This document shows positions 1 through 12,029 of a DNA stretch of 64,000 bases, piece after piece. Source of the stretch: the human T2T-CHM13v2.0 reference genome, Homo sapiens; the NCBI RefSeq assembly GCF_009914755.1, contig NC_060928.1; one strand, 5' to 3'. A program made the position numbers and the translations under genes. The notes beneath the pieces were generated by a model. That model had not been told where the DNA came from, ran no database searches, and saw only the letters and a program-made list of their open reading frames with translations. The number at the start of each line of letters is the position of its first letter. Within the stretch, counting starts at the first letter, position 1.

Positions 1-932
1 ACTAAATTTTGAGTCATGTCTAATAATTTTCCCTAGTATCTCATTGTTATTTATTAACTATGTATTTAAGTAAAGATTATTATCATATGACAAAACACTA
101 CTATCTTAAAATTATTCTCTCAACTCAAACCAATATTGTTAAGGCTGAGTTTCATTGGGACAAATATTTGAAAGGACCTTTTTCTTTAAGACACAGCCAT
201 TGATAAAAATAATTTTATTCAAATCTTTGGAAATTATGACAAAGGTGGTGATAAGGACATAATTTTTATGAGTATATCTGGCATATTAAGTTATTTAGAT
301 ACCATATATTTAAGAGCTGTCTAAAAATTTTATAATAGAAATGCATTACCTTTTTGTTTAATCATTAAATAACATTTATTTGAAACAACAGTTTAAATGT
401 GAATTTTTTTCACATCTATATTGGAATTTCCTTTCAAGACATGATTACAAGTCTTGATTCTACCTCACCAGAGTCTTTTAAGTTCGTGTGCATACAAAAA
501 AGAGATGCCGAGCCAAGTCTGACCGCTGAAGCAGTTTGCCAATCTCAATCGACGCCTGAACTGTCTGTGGGTGTTAAGGAATGTTAAGAAATAATGGAAT
601 AAATTATTGAAGACATTCTTTCTGCTTGAAATATTTGGAAGACGTCATAACAGCTTACAAAATGTCATAGGACAGCGTTAACGTCCCTTCTCATCTCTGA
701 TGGCACGTTCCCAGTCCCTTCGTGTAGCTGATAAAGCGCAAGCCACTTTTTGTCAGATCCTTTGCATGAGTTTTGTTTGAGATGCTACAAAATATGCTGA
801 AACAAATCATGATCAGTTGTTATTATGTGTAGGGTAATTCTACCTATTTGACGAGAACTGCTCCTGAAAAGCTTCTATCGAGCTTTAAAACAGTTCATCT
901 GCCGTTGGAAAAATTGCATTGATTTAATGATG

Positions 933-946
933 CCTCTAGAGGGCAC
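933..946 (+). promoter_or_regulatory. Candidate CTCF site
   Basis: CCTCTAGAGGGCAC matches the CTCF core CCASYAGRKGGCRS at 13/14 positions and lies in a CpG-retaining unique stretch. Confidence 0.55.
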
Positions 947-1122
947 TCTGCACTCAGTTCAGGTCGAAAATAGTTTCTGAGATTGCTTGCTCTTTTCCCC
1001 AAGGTTTTCACTTTGAATTTTGAGTTCCGGAGAAGGGGTATGGGTGTAGAGAATTTGTAGTGTACATGTGAGTAATAATTATAACTCATTTCCTTTGTCT
1101 CATTTATGTTAAAACTTTTTTT

Positions 1123-1229
1123 AAAAATATGTAATGCTTCACAAATTTGCATTGCATCCTTTCATGTAGGCCGTGCTAATTGCCTCTGTATTCTTCCAAT
1201 TTTAGTATATGTGCTGCTGAAGTGAGCAC
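1123..1229 (-). pseudogene. Processed full-length U6 snRNA pseudogene
   Basis: The reverse complement reads GTGCTCACTTCAGCAGCACATATACTAAAATTGGAAGAATACAGAGGCAATTAGCACGG...GCAAATTTGTGAAGCATTACATATTTTT and is colinear with U6 end to end. A short A7 tail follows (T run 1116-1122). The ACAGAGA box is mutated to ACAGAGG and CpGs are decayed. Confidence 0.95.
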
Positions 1230-1649
1230 AATTATTTATTCCTTAATGAAGCTGGTTTTTAAGTTGCAATCATTGTTGGACATTTATATAATAGACTTAC
1301 ATCCAATAACTTTCCTCGTATATGCTCTGTAGAAGCTTTTCAGAAACAGTTCTCATTTTATATATATGTAGAACTACCCTATACATAATAACAACAGATC
1401 ATGATTTGATTCAGAATGTTTCGTATCATCTCTAACAAAACTAATGCAAGGGGTCTGACAAAAAGTGGCTTCTGCTTTATCAGCTATACAAAAAGATTGG
1501 GACACGCTATCAGAGATGAGAAGAGACATTATGTTGTCATATGTAAGCTCATTTTTATAAAAAATTGCAATAATTCATATTCATTCTCTTCTTCTGTGAT
1601 CTTCATATGGATGTGAAATTGATGAGCCTGGAATTTCTTTTCGTGCCAG

Positions 1650-2660
1650 AAATTAGGCAGGATTCAAAAAATTGATCCAATATGGCATACTTTCAATATC
1701 AAAATATGTAATAATAAGAATACATTAGAATTCATCAAATAAAGTAGGAATTACTAACCTATACTGATGCAAATGTTAAAATAAACATAAGTGGGGGTAA
1801 GAAAAGGCTTTTCTTTACATTAGAATGCCTACTGATAAGTGTAGAGAACATTATCCCATTAGAAAATCATTATTTGACAGCCGTCATAGTAATAATCTCA
1901 GTAAGAAGTATCAATAGATGCTAAGACTGGTGGCTGAAAATTTGATAAGAAATGGGATCTTTACATAATTTCATACTCCTACCACCAAGTATGTAATGAA
2001 TACTAGGGGAAATGTAAAAGAATAATGCTACATTGGGGAATCTTGGCAGGTACCACTTTAATCAAATGATCAAGGTTAAAATCACCTGTAATGAGAAAAA
2101 TCCAAACTATGATCATATGACAAGATGCATTAAAAAAAGTTTCACATCTGTAATATTCTTGCCAAGATTATACAACCTGAATCTAATTACAAGGAAACAT
2201 TAGCCAAAAGAAAATTGAGAGACATTCTACAGAATATCAAGCCTATAATATTCCAGAGTGTCAGGTCATGAAAGTTAAGCCAAGACTGAGAAACTGACCC
2301 AGATTGTAAGAGAATAAAATTTATGAAAACTAAATGTAATGTAAGATCCTGGATTGGAGCCTTTTTTATGCAAAGGATATTAATGGGATAATTGGCAAAA
2401 CCTGAATGGAGTTTGAGGATTAGATGTAGTAGTGTATCGATGTTCATTTTCCGATTTTGATGGTTATCTTGTGGTATATCCTTGTTTAAGGATACGCATA
2501 CTAAATCATCCAGTGGTACCTTTTTAAAATTTTTTTCTTTCTCACAAAGCAGACTTTAAACTTTCAGTGGTAACTTATTTCCAAATGGCTGAGGAAAAAA
2601 ATATTTTTGTGCACGTCTTAAAAATTTTTTGATAAGTTTAAAATTATTTTATAAGTGCAA
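1650..2660 (+). mobile_element. Old L1 3' end (L1MC-type), diverged
   Basis: Carries L1MC 3'-UTR-like blocks: gatcaaggttaaaatcacc, aacctgaatctaat, aaattgagagacattctaca, gtcaggtcatgaaag, actaaatgtaatgtaagatcctggattgg. Ends are approximate. Confidence 0.7.
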
Positions 2661-3211
2661 AAAAGCAATTAAAATATTAAACCTAAAAGATAAGATCTGA
2701 TTTGATCTTAAAATTATCTTTTGCTCAATGTAGAAATTATTTTATAAAAATGAAATTAGCATTTCATTATGTAGCAGGAACTAAGATGCAGACCAATAAA
2801 TCTTTCTTGGGGTTTACGAAATTAGTGCAAACCAAAGCAACTAAGATGATTTAGTTTTTGTTTTGTTTTTCTAAAAGGATGTGGAGGAAGAGCATTTGTG
2901 TGCATCATATTACTGCGATGGCGTATTCTAGCCCAAGGATTCTAGAAAATGAAATGAAATACTCCCATCATAATATTTAAAGTTCAAATAGTAAAAAACA
3001 CAAAATAAACAAAACCCCTAAACCTTGAGTGTCTTCATCTTTGCTCTATTTAATGGCTGGCATTTCACCTCCCTGTGGACTTCTCATAATAAACAAATAG
3101 GCTCTGTTGGAATCCTCAGATTATAGAAACTTGCTTTTGGAAATATGAGTGAGTGCTAATATCCATGAACAATAGAAAAAAAAAAGTACACACACACACA
3201 GACTTCTTCTC

Positions 3212-3509
3212 AGCAGGGTAGAGTGGCTCACGCCTGTAATACTAGCACTCTGGGAAGCCAAGGTGGGCGGATCACCTGAGGTCAGGAGTTCGAGACCAGC
3301 CTGGTCAACATGGCAAAACCCTATCTCTACTAAAATTACAAAAATTAGCCTGGCATGGTGGCAGGTGGCTGTAATCCCAGCTACTCAGGAGGCTGAGGCA
3401 GGAGAATTGCTTGAACCCCGGAAGCAGAGGTTGCAGTAAGCCAAGATTGTGCCACTTCACTGCAGTGCAGCCTGGGTGAAAAAGCAAACAAAACAAAACA
3501 AAAAAAAAA
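3212..3509 (+). mobile_element. AluS (Sx/Sz-like)
   Basis: Dimeric Alu with ggatcacctgaggtcaggagttcgagacc and an A/C-rich tail. Partial TSD acttctt. Confidence 0.95.
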
Positions 3510-4339
3510 CTTCTTAATTAAGTCAATAAATATTTTTTAAAAACGTCTTTGAGTAACCCCCGTACACCTTCAAAATCAACTGTCTATATGCTCATAATTT
3601 CAGATGGGATTATAGAAGGAAGAAATGTGCATATAAGGGAATTTTTAAAATTATTCTTTAAACAACAGTGGTATGAGCCTTGACATCAGACAGCATCACA
3701 TAGATTAAAATGGAATTATATCACAGCATTACCTTTGGCTAGAAAAGTTATAAAACCCAAGTATTATGGACCTTGTTTATTTATTTCTGATTATAGAGAG
3801 TGGACCATTTTTTCACAGGTGAAATGTCAAAAACATTGGGTACTCTTTGTTTATTATAACATGTCAAACAATCGAATTCAGATGGGAATTAACAAGGGTC
3901 ATGACAATGTGGAGACCAGGAAATTAAAAGTTATTTGTATTAAAATTGTTTGGAATAAAATTATTTGTTGTTCTTCATAATCCTCTTTATATGATTGACA
4001 TAAAAGCAAATCTAGTATTTGTAGTAATGCAGCTATACAAAGGCTAGAAGACAAATTCCTAAAACTGGGTAAGTTAGATTACTTGGCAGCAATGGCAAGC
4101 CTGACTATAGCTGGCATTTCAGAAATAAACTGACCAGGGCTGATAGCATTTGGTAGTAAGAACAAGGACCAGCAGGGAGTGAAGTGAACTGGTTTTGTGA
4201 GTGATGACAGGATGAATGGGAAACAGTAGCATTCTGCTAAATAAATGACATTTACACTCACGTTGCTGATGCTTGTAGAAATACATACAAACAAACAGAC
4301 CTCCTGCCCAGACTAGTCACAGTGATGGCAGGATTCATG

Positions 4340-4495
4340 GAGCCAGGCACTGCATTAAACACCACACGCTTGATTTTATTAAGTCTTCAGAAGGCCTTTT
4401 TAAGGTGGAAACTGTCTCCCTGTTCTTAGAGTTGAGGGAACTGAGACTCACAGAGATTAAGTAATTTGCTCACGGTGAGCTCTTAACCACTGCAT
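4340..4495 (-). mobile_element. MIR fragment
   Basis: MIR core-like gagggaactgagactcacagagattaagtaatttgctca. Confidence 0.6.
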
Positions 4496-5571
4496 TTACT
4501 TAGGAATAAATGATCCATTTTCTGTACTCAGAAATAAATTGACAAGGTCTACAATACTTTCTTTTTATAGCTTTTGTGTCTAAAACTAATACTGTGATAA
4601 AAATCCATTTTAAACCTGTGTTTGTAAATTGCTAAAGGTAAAGAATTAAGACAGATCAACTAGTGATAATGGTAGAGGTAGGTCTTTTTAATAAGTTTTT
4701 TCCTGTAACAAGTATAGGTTTTTTTTAAGTTAGAAAATAAATCGACGAATATAATATTTGGCTCTAAAGAGCTAAAATTCTGGAATTGGTATAGGAAGCA
4801 ATTTTGTGTGGTTGACTATGTAATAGAAATCATAACAATTAAATGTGAAATTCCCAGTTTGGAAAACCAAAGAATTTGTCACATTTTTTTTAATGGAATT
4901 ACAAATTACCTGAGATATAAAGTATATACAGCTTTGAAGATGAAAAAAATTAACAATTGCTTAGTAATATACATTAATACCAAAGATAACTATAAATATT
5001 TAGCAAAGGCTCAACAAATGCTGAATAAATAAATAAATAGAAAAAGCAAGTACTTTAATCTTCTGTATAAAGGTTTTTATAATAATTGTTATAATAATAC
5101 AATTTCAACGTAGAAAATTTAAAATAAAATTATGATAGATTTGCTTCTATTTTCTTTCGATTTATATACGTATTTTTAAAATTGAGATTAGAGATACATA
5201 CTGTTTTATATTTTATTTTTTCTGATTAGTGTTTTATCAGTCATTAAAAAAATGTAAGAAATAAAATTCTCCTTCTTTTACTCAAAGAACCATGGGTAGA
5301 ATAAGAATTCAGTTTAAAGCATTCAAGAACAAACACAAATAGACTTGACTCAAAGTCTTAATGAACTTAAAAAATACAATGTGTTAAATACATCAAAAAT
5401 GGGAAAAAATCAACTAGAAAGCAGTGGGCTATTTATCAGTGCAATATAAAAGTTGTACTCATAAATTACAAGCAGATGGCTGCTAAGAGTTAAGAAACTT
5501 GTTGTTTAGCTTTACTGTTAAAGACTTTGGATGTTCTTACATGAATGCTCTCTTTAAGAACACCTAAGTCC

Positions 5572-5875
5572 TGCCGGGCACAGCAGCTCATGCCTATAAT
5601 CCCAGCGTTTTGGGAAGCTGAAGCGGGTGGATCACCTGACGTCAGGAGTTCGAGACCAGCCTGGCCAACATGGTGAAACACCTTCTCTGCTAAAAATACA
5701 AAAATTAGCTGGGCGTGGTGGCGGGTGCCTGTAGTCCCAGCTACTTGGGAGGCTGAGGCAGGGGAATCGCTTGAGCTTGGTGGCGGAGTAGAGATTGCAG
5801 TAAGCCGAGATCAGGCCACTGCACTCCAGCCTGGGTGACAGAGCGAGACTCTGTCTCAAAAAAAAAAAAAAAAAA
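5572..5875 (+). mobile_element. AluSx-like
   Basis: Full Alu dimer with poly-A and a 14-bp TSD aagaacacctaagt on both sides. Confidence 0.96.
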
Positions 5876-5906
5876 GAACACCTAAGTTCAAGCTAAAATA
5901 CACATT

Positions 5907-7284
5907 TGAAGTATTTAAATTTTTTAGATAAAAATGAAGAATCGAAGAGAGTAATGAGAAAGAGATTATCTTTAACATGTAAATCTATTCCAAACCTAGC
6001 TGGAAAACTAAACATAAACAAAAAACTGGGAATTACCCAAGAATTCTGAAGCAATTTGGGGGCAAATTTAGAAATCCTCCTCAAAATACATTAGCCACCA
6101 TGAAAGAGAAATGAAGATTGTTGGTATTATTCTTGTTAATAAGGAGAGCCGTATAAGAAAGTCAAAGTCCTTATCAGTGAGCAATGGAATGTCATGGTAT
6201 AGATTCACTACTATTCAAGTGTTTTGCGCTATGGAAAGAAAAGTTTCTGTAATGACGAATCTTGCTTGACTGAATAAATACACATGTGAAAGATTCACTG
6301 ATATTACAGGCAAAGGCAATTTTAAATATTGAGTAACTATGAAAATGTTCATCATGTTTTTAAAAATAGATCCTAGAAAAGAACTAGAGGATGCGGATAA
6401 TAGATGTGTTTCTGGGTGAGTATAAATATTTGTTCTTTCTTAAGGACCTTGGCTAGGAGAAGTTTCATTCTTGTTTTTTTTTTTTTTAGAAATTACTTGT
6501 AAGAGAAAGTAAGCAATGACATTTTTAGGACTTTTCAAACCAAAATGCTAAAGCAAAAGGAATAAGCTACAGAGAAAATGCACAAATTTATAGGAATAGG
6601 CTGAAAAGTAGCACATGACCTTCATTGTAAAGAATTGCATTTAGAGAAGAAAATAACCCAAAACATATGGATTTGATATATATAGCATAAACTTTCTGGT
6701 GCAAAGAGGTTTACAAGGCATTTAGATTGTTTGCTTATGAAATCATTCTCACAGAGCTACAGTGCAAAATTTCTCAATGACTAGATTTTATCATTCATTT
6801 GGCAAATAACAACTGAGCACCTATTATGGGCCAGATGCATTTCTTAGTGGTGAGCATATTATGTCAATGAACAAAACAGAAAAAAATCCCTGTTTTCATG
6901 GAGCTTACATTTCAAGGTTTCTGTTAAAAACAAAAACTATAGCATTATTTTGCCTCTAAACAAACTTATAGTGAATTTACCCTCAAGTTCCTTAATAAAC
7001 ATGGCTTGAAAGATCTAGTGAAGGCCAACTCAACTGATCAAGAAGATGGGTTGCCTTAAGGCAAAATTTTTAAAAGTTGGTTTATGTGTCTGGAAAATAT
7101 AAGTTCAAAGACAGTGTTAACAAAATCATGGAATACGTTATGAGAACAAGCTGTTCTTTCAAAGTAATGATGGCCTGAGCTGTCATAAAATATACATATA
7201 GCTCTGAGGTATTTAAAATTTTTAAATAAAAATGAAGAATTAGAGAGGATAATGAGAAAGAGACTGCCTTTAACATGTAAACCT
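5907..7284 (+). repeat. Dispersed 80-bp direct repeat (copies 5907-5986 and 7205-7284)
   Basis: Ungapped hand alignment gives 68/80 identity. The ORF track shows it as HVKDNLFLITLFDSSFL versus HVKGSLFLIILSNSSFL. Confidence 0.85.
6790..6917 (-). mobile_element. L2 3'-end fragment
   Basis: tcattcattt...actgagcacctattatgggccag...atgaacaaaacag...catggagcttacatt is the typical antisense L2 3' end. Confidence 0.65.
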
Positions 7285-9949
7285 TTAAAAGACATCTTTG
7301 AAAAGGGTATAGATCCTCTTTGATGGCCAGAGTCACAAAGTTGTAAACAATTAAGAGGAAGTTTAGTGAAATCCTAAAACCAACCAAACAAACAAAGGGA
7401 CTTGAGAAAACTCAGATGTGACATGGCAGGTCCAGCTGAAAGCACTGAGCAAGGAGAGAGAGTGGATAGATAATTCAAAACAAAAAACAAAGCAAAACAA
7501 AAAACAAAACCAGAAAATTTAGGGAAACCTGGGACACACTCATGGAAATGGTGGCGATACAACTTCAGGGAACCAGGAAGGGATGGATGCTAGAGCTGGG
7601 AAACTGTTAGTAAAATACTGATAATATCTACAGCACACTAAGCTTCAAGATATCCTATAAAGCTAGTTGTTACTTAGACAGCAGTTTGCACTTAAAAGAA
7701 GTCGGACATGAGGTCTATAAGAAAACAATATTACTATGTTTCTAGCCCAGAAATACTCCTTTCTGGCAGAGGTAGATGGGCAGGAAAAACAAGGTCTTCA
7801 AAGGCCCTGGTTATGAGCAGGGATCGATGAATGGGAGGAGGAAGTGACACCTGGGAACCATTGATTAAAGATTTCAACCCATGACAAGCTGAGAGATCTG
7901 AGATTAAGCTTATCACTGAATTGATCTTTATCTCCCACATTCCTCTATTCTTCAATGGAATTAAGAATAGTGTGTGCACCAAGCTTCAACAGCCTGAGAA
8001 GAATGGCCTGGAGAAGAGAAAGCTGATCATGTAAACACAAATTCACAATGCCCAGAATAGAGGCATCATTCTTTTGGTACCCTCAGATAAGAAAGGAAAC
8101 CAAGGAAGCCTAATCTTTTCAAGTGGCATCAGAGTAGGTAACTTGTCAGGGTAGGTACCTGAGGACGGTTGTGTAGGTTGCTGTGTAACAGCACATGGCT
8201 TAGGAGCGAAGGCTGGGATACAGCCCATTCTCTACTTGCCCAGCCAAGACACCTCGTGTGGGGCTGCATATGCCCAGAAGAAAGGGTGCTTTTTTCTCAA
8301 TTACACAAAGGCACTACACAAGCTAGCATTGTCCTGGGAACTGCATCCCCTCAAAAACCACGGTCAGAGGCAGAGCCCTTACCTGTCAATATTGAGATGG
8401 CATTTGGCATTTCTTTCTTTTGTGTGTTGCAACACTGTGACCACGTTCACTGGGTTCCTTTACTGCCCCCACATGGGCACAGACATGCTAAGGGAGCTTC
8501 CTCTTGCCTTGGTTCTCACCCAAATAGGTAACACCAACCACCCCTGAGAATGCTGAACAATGGGTTCACCGAGACAACTGCAGAAGAGTTTCGACAGAGA
8601 TGCTACAAAATTACAAATTCCCTTTTGCATAATCCACTAAGAAGAGGAATATTTACAGTCCAAGATTTCTCAAAAACTTTATAGTAGGGCCCTCAGTAGA
8701 CTTTATTTAGACACAATGTCTCAAAACTGTACCTAGTTAGAACTTGTCAGGCTCAGGGGGTTTTCCACACTTCTGAGCAACGTTTTTCATCTTTACGCAG
8801 AGCTTTGACAGTTGGCAGCTGTGGGGTCCCTGGCAGTCTCTGGATTCATAGAGACCCCCGAGCACACATACCCTGACCAGTGGGCTCCTGTGGTGCTTTT
8901 AGTAACCACCAACAAACTGCTGTCTTTTCCTATGATAGAACAATCTAGTTCAAAGAGAACTGTTGCACTTAATGCCAAAGCTATTGGTTTAATGATCCTG
9001 GAGTTACTGCCAGTAATCAGGCACCTTGGCTACCTTTTTTTCAACAGATTCTTTGTTGTTGTTTATTTTTGTTTTAATTTCCTCAGAGAGCTTTTTGTTC
9101 CTTTTTATCCAGCAGATTTCTGGAACCCCAGCTCAGCTGGCCATTTCAAGTCCTCTGTTCAGGCTCTGTTAAGAGAACAAACAAAACTGTACTGGAAAAT
9201 CACTTATCATGGGTAGAAATAAACCCGGAGGGAAGTGTCACAAAGTGAAACTGGCTTTTTGGATCTGCTTGGTGAGAGTGAAAGTAAAGGTCAATTTTTG
9301 GTAAGATACTCTGAATATTAGCAAAAGTGGAACTGTGTGCTGGGGAAGAGAGTAGGAGTTGAAGGTCAAGGGGAACTTTGGTGGCTGCAATAACCATGAT
9401 TAATTTATGAATGGACTCTAAGCTATGTAAATGGATGCTTCTGATGAGTCTGGATGAGTAGGGGGCAGGAAAGAAAGTTTTGAGGTATGAGGAAAGTCCA
9501 GAAAACATGCTAATCAAATGTTCCATGAAAGGGGACAACTGAGTGGCCATACTGATGCTTTATTTAGTGCTTGGAAGGACCACAGGAGGGCTTACTGCAG
9601 AAACCACAAGGACGTTCTATGCAAGATGGCGTGTGGTCAATGGCTGGCTTCTTACAAAGCAGCAGGGTCCAGAGTGGAACATCTTGTTACTAGGCATTGT
9701 TTTGTATCTCATGTGTTTAAAATTAGTTTTTAAGCATTATATTGTATGTCTCAAAATAAAACAAAACTCCCAAAATAAAAGACAATAGGTTTTCTAAGAA
9801 GACATAAATATGGTTCTACAGCATGAGTATCATGATTTTTGCCTTAGGCAAACTTAGAGCTAGAATGTTTGTAAGAGTTTTCTAGCTAAGCCTATCTAGC
9901 TTCATGCAATACATGTCTGCATGTTGTTCTCCCAGGCTTGTGTCATGAT

Positions 9950-10145
9950 GGGAAGAGCCCTGGACCTGGAATCAGAAGAGTTGTATTCTAGATTAACCAA
10001 CTAGCTATGATTTGGGCAATTACTTAGCTCATTCATTTGTATATTAATTAATACACACATATTCATTTATTCAACAGTTATATATCAAGAATCTGCTATG
10101 TATCAGTACATGAGGATCACATTTTCCTCATATGTAAATTAAGGA
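9950..10145 (+). mobile_element. MIR fragment (interrupted)
   Basis: gaagagccctggacctggaatcagaag...actagctatgatttgggcaattactta...ttttcctcatatgtaaa. Confidence 0.5.
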
Positions 10146-10233
10146 AACTGCCTAAACTCCAACATTGAAATCATATAATTTATTTTAAATGTCACATTAT
10201 TTTGAAGCATTGAGATAAAAATCTAGGTCATCT

Positions 10234-11538
10234 CACAAACAAATGGAAACATAGCCCATGCTCGTGGATGGGTAGAATCAATATTGTGAAAATGACCATA
10301 CTGCCAAAAGCAATCTACAAATTCAGTGCAATTCAAATCAAAATACTACCATCATTTTTCACAGAACTAGAAAAAACAATCCTAAAATTCATATGGAACC
10401 AAAAAAAGAGCCCACACAGCCAAAGTAAAACTAAACAAAAAGAATGAATCTGGAGGCATCACAATACCCAATTTCAAACTACACTATAAGGCCATAGTGA
10501 CCTGACAAAGCAGCATGGTACTGGTATAAAAATAGGCACATAGACCAAGGGAACAGAATAGAGAACCCAGCAATAAGGCCAAATATTTAGAGCCAACTGA
10601 TCTTTGACAATGCAAACAAAAACATAAAGTGGGGAAAGGACTCCCTATTCAACAAATGGTGTTGGAATAATTGGCTAGCCACATGTAGAAGAATGAAACT
10701 GGATCCTCATCTCTCACCTTATACAAAAATCAACTCAAGATGGAGCAAAGACTTAAATATAAGACCTGAAACCATAAAAATTCTGGAAGATAACATTGGA
10801 AAAACCTTTCTAGACATTGGCAAAACCTTTCTAGACATTGGCTTAGGTAAAGACTTCATAACCAAGAACCCAAAACCAAATGCAACAAAAACAAGATAGA
10901 TGGGATTTAATTAAACTAAAAAGCTTCTGCACAGCAAAAGAAATAATCAGCAGAGTAAACAGACAACCCAGAGTGGGAGAAAATCTTCACAATCTACACA
11001 TGAAACACAAGACTAATATCCAGAATCTACAAGGAACTCAAAGAAATCAGCAAGAAAAAACAGATAACCCCATCAAAAAGTGGGCTAACGACATGAATAG
11101 ATAATTCCCAAAAGAAGATATAAAAATGACCAGCAAACATGAAACAATGCTCAATTCACTAATTATAAGGAAAATGCAAGTCAAAACCAAAATGTAATAC
11201 CACCTTACTCCTGCAAGAATGGCCATAATCAAAAAAATCAAGAAATAATAGATGTTGGCATGGATGTGGTGAAAAGGGAACACTTTTACACTGCTGTTGG
11301 GAATGAAAACTACTACAACCACTATGGAAAACAGTGTGAATATTCCTTAAAGAATTAAAAGTAGATCTACCATTTGATCCAGGAATCCTACTAATGGATA
11401 TCTACCCAGAGGAAAGGAAGTCATCATATGAAAAAGATACTTGTAGAAGCATGTTTATAGCAGCACAAGTCACAACTGCAAAAATATGAAACCAGCCCAA
11501 ATGCCCATCAATCAATGAGTGGATAAAGAAAATGTGAT

Positions 11539-11587
<49 letters not shown>

Positions 11588-11960
11588 AAGATACCATGAA
11601 ATACTATTCAGCCATAAAAAGAAACAAAATAATGGCATTCGCAGCAGCCTGGATAGAATTAGAGACCATTATTCTAAGTGAAGTAACTCAAGAATGGAAA
11701 AACAAACATCATATGTTCTCACTCACAAGTGGGAGCTAAGCTATGAGAACTCAAATGCATGAGAATGATACAATGGACTTTGGGGACTCAGGGGAAAGAA
11801 TGGGACAGGGGTGAGGGATAAAAGACTATACATTGGGTAGTGTACACTTTCCGGGTGATAGTGCACCAAAATCTCAGAATTCACCATTGAAGAATTACTC
11901 ATATAACCAAACACCACCTGTTCCCCAAAAACCTATTAAAATAAAACATTCAAAACAACT
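10234..11960 (+). mobile_element. 5'-truncated L1 (L1PB1-type): end of ORF2 plus 3' UTR
   Basis: Decayed ORF2 C-terminal peptides ([29 protein letters not shown]; [14 protein letters not shown]). L1PB-type 3' UTR ending ccacctgttccccaaaaacctatt. TSD taggtcatct at 10224-10233 and 11961-11970. Confidence 0.93.
11541..11584. repeat. (AGAT)11 tetranucleotide microsatellite
   Basis: Perfect AGAT run inside the L1. Confidence 0.97.
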
Positions 11961-12029
11961 TAGGTCATCTGATATAATACATAAACTTATTTATCAGGTT
12001 ATTGGACCATGTATTTTCAAATAGTAGCC

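Noticed and set aside
8812-9550. 134-aa and 116-aa ORFs in unique sequence
   Set aside because: No recognisable domain, the plus ORF starts at TTG, and there is no supporting exon structure.
10693-11104. ORFs resembling L1 ORF2
   Set aside because: Frameshifted fragments of a 5'-truncated L1 that cannot be functional.
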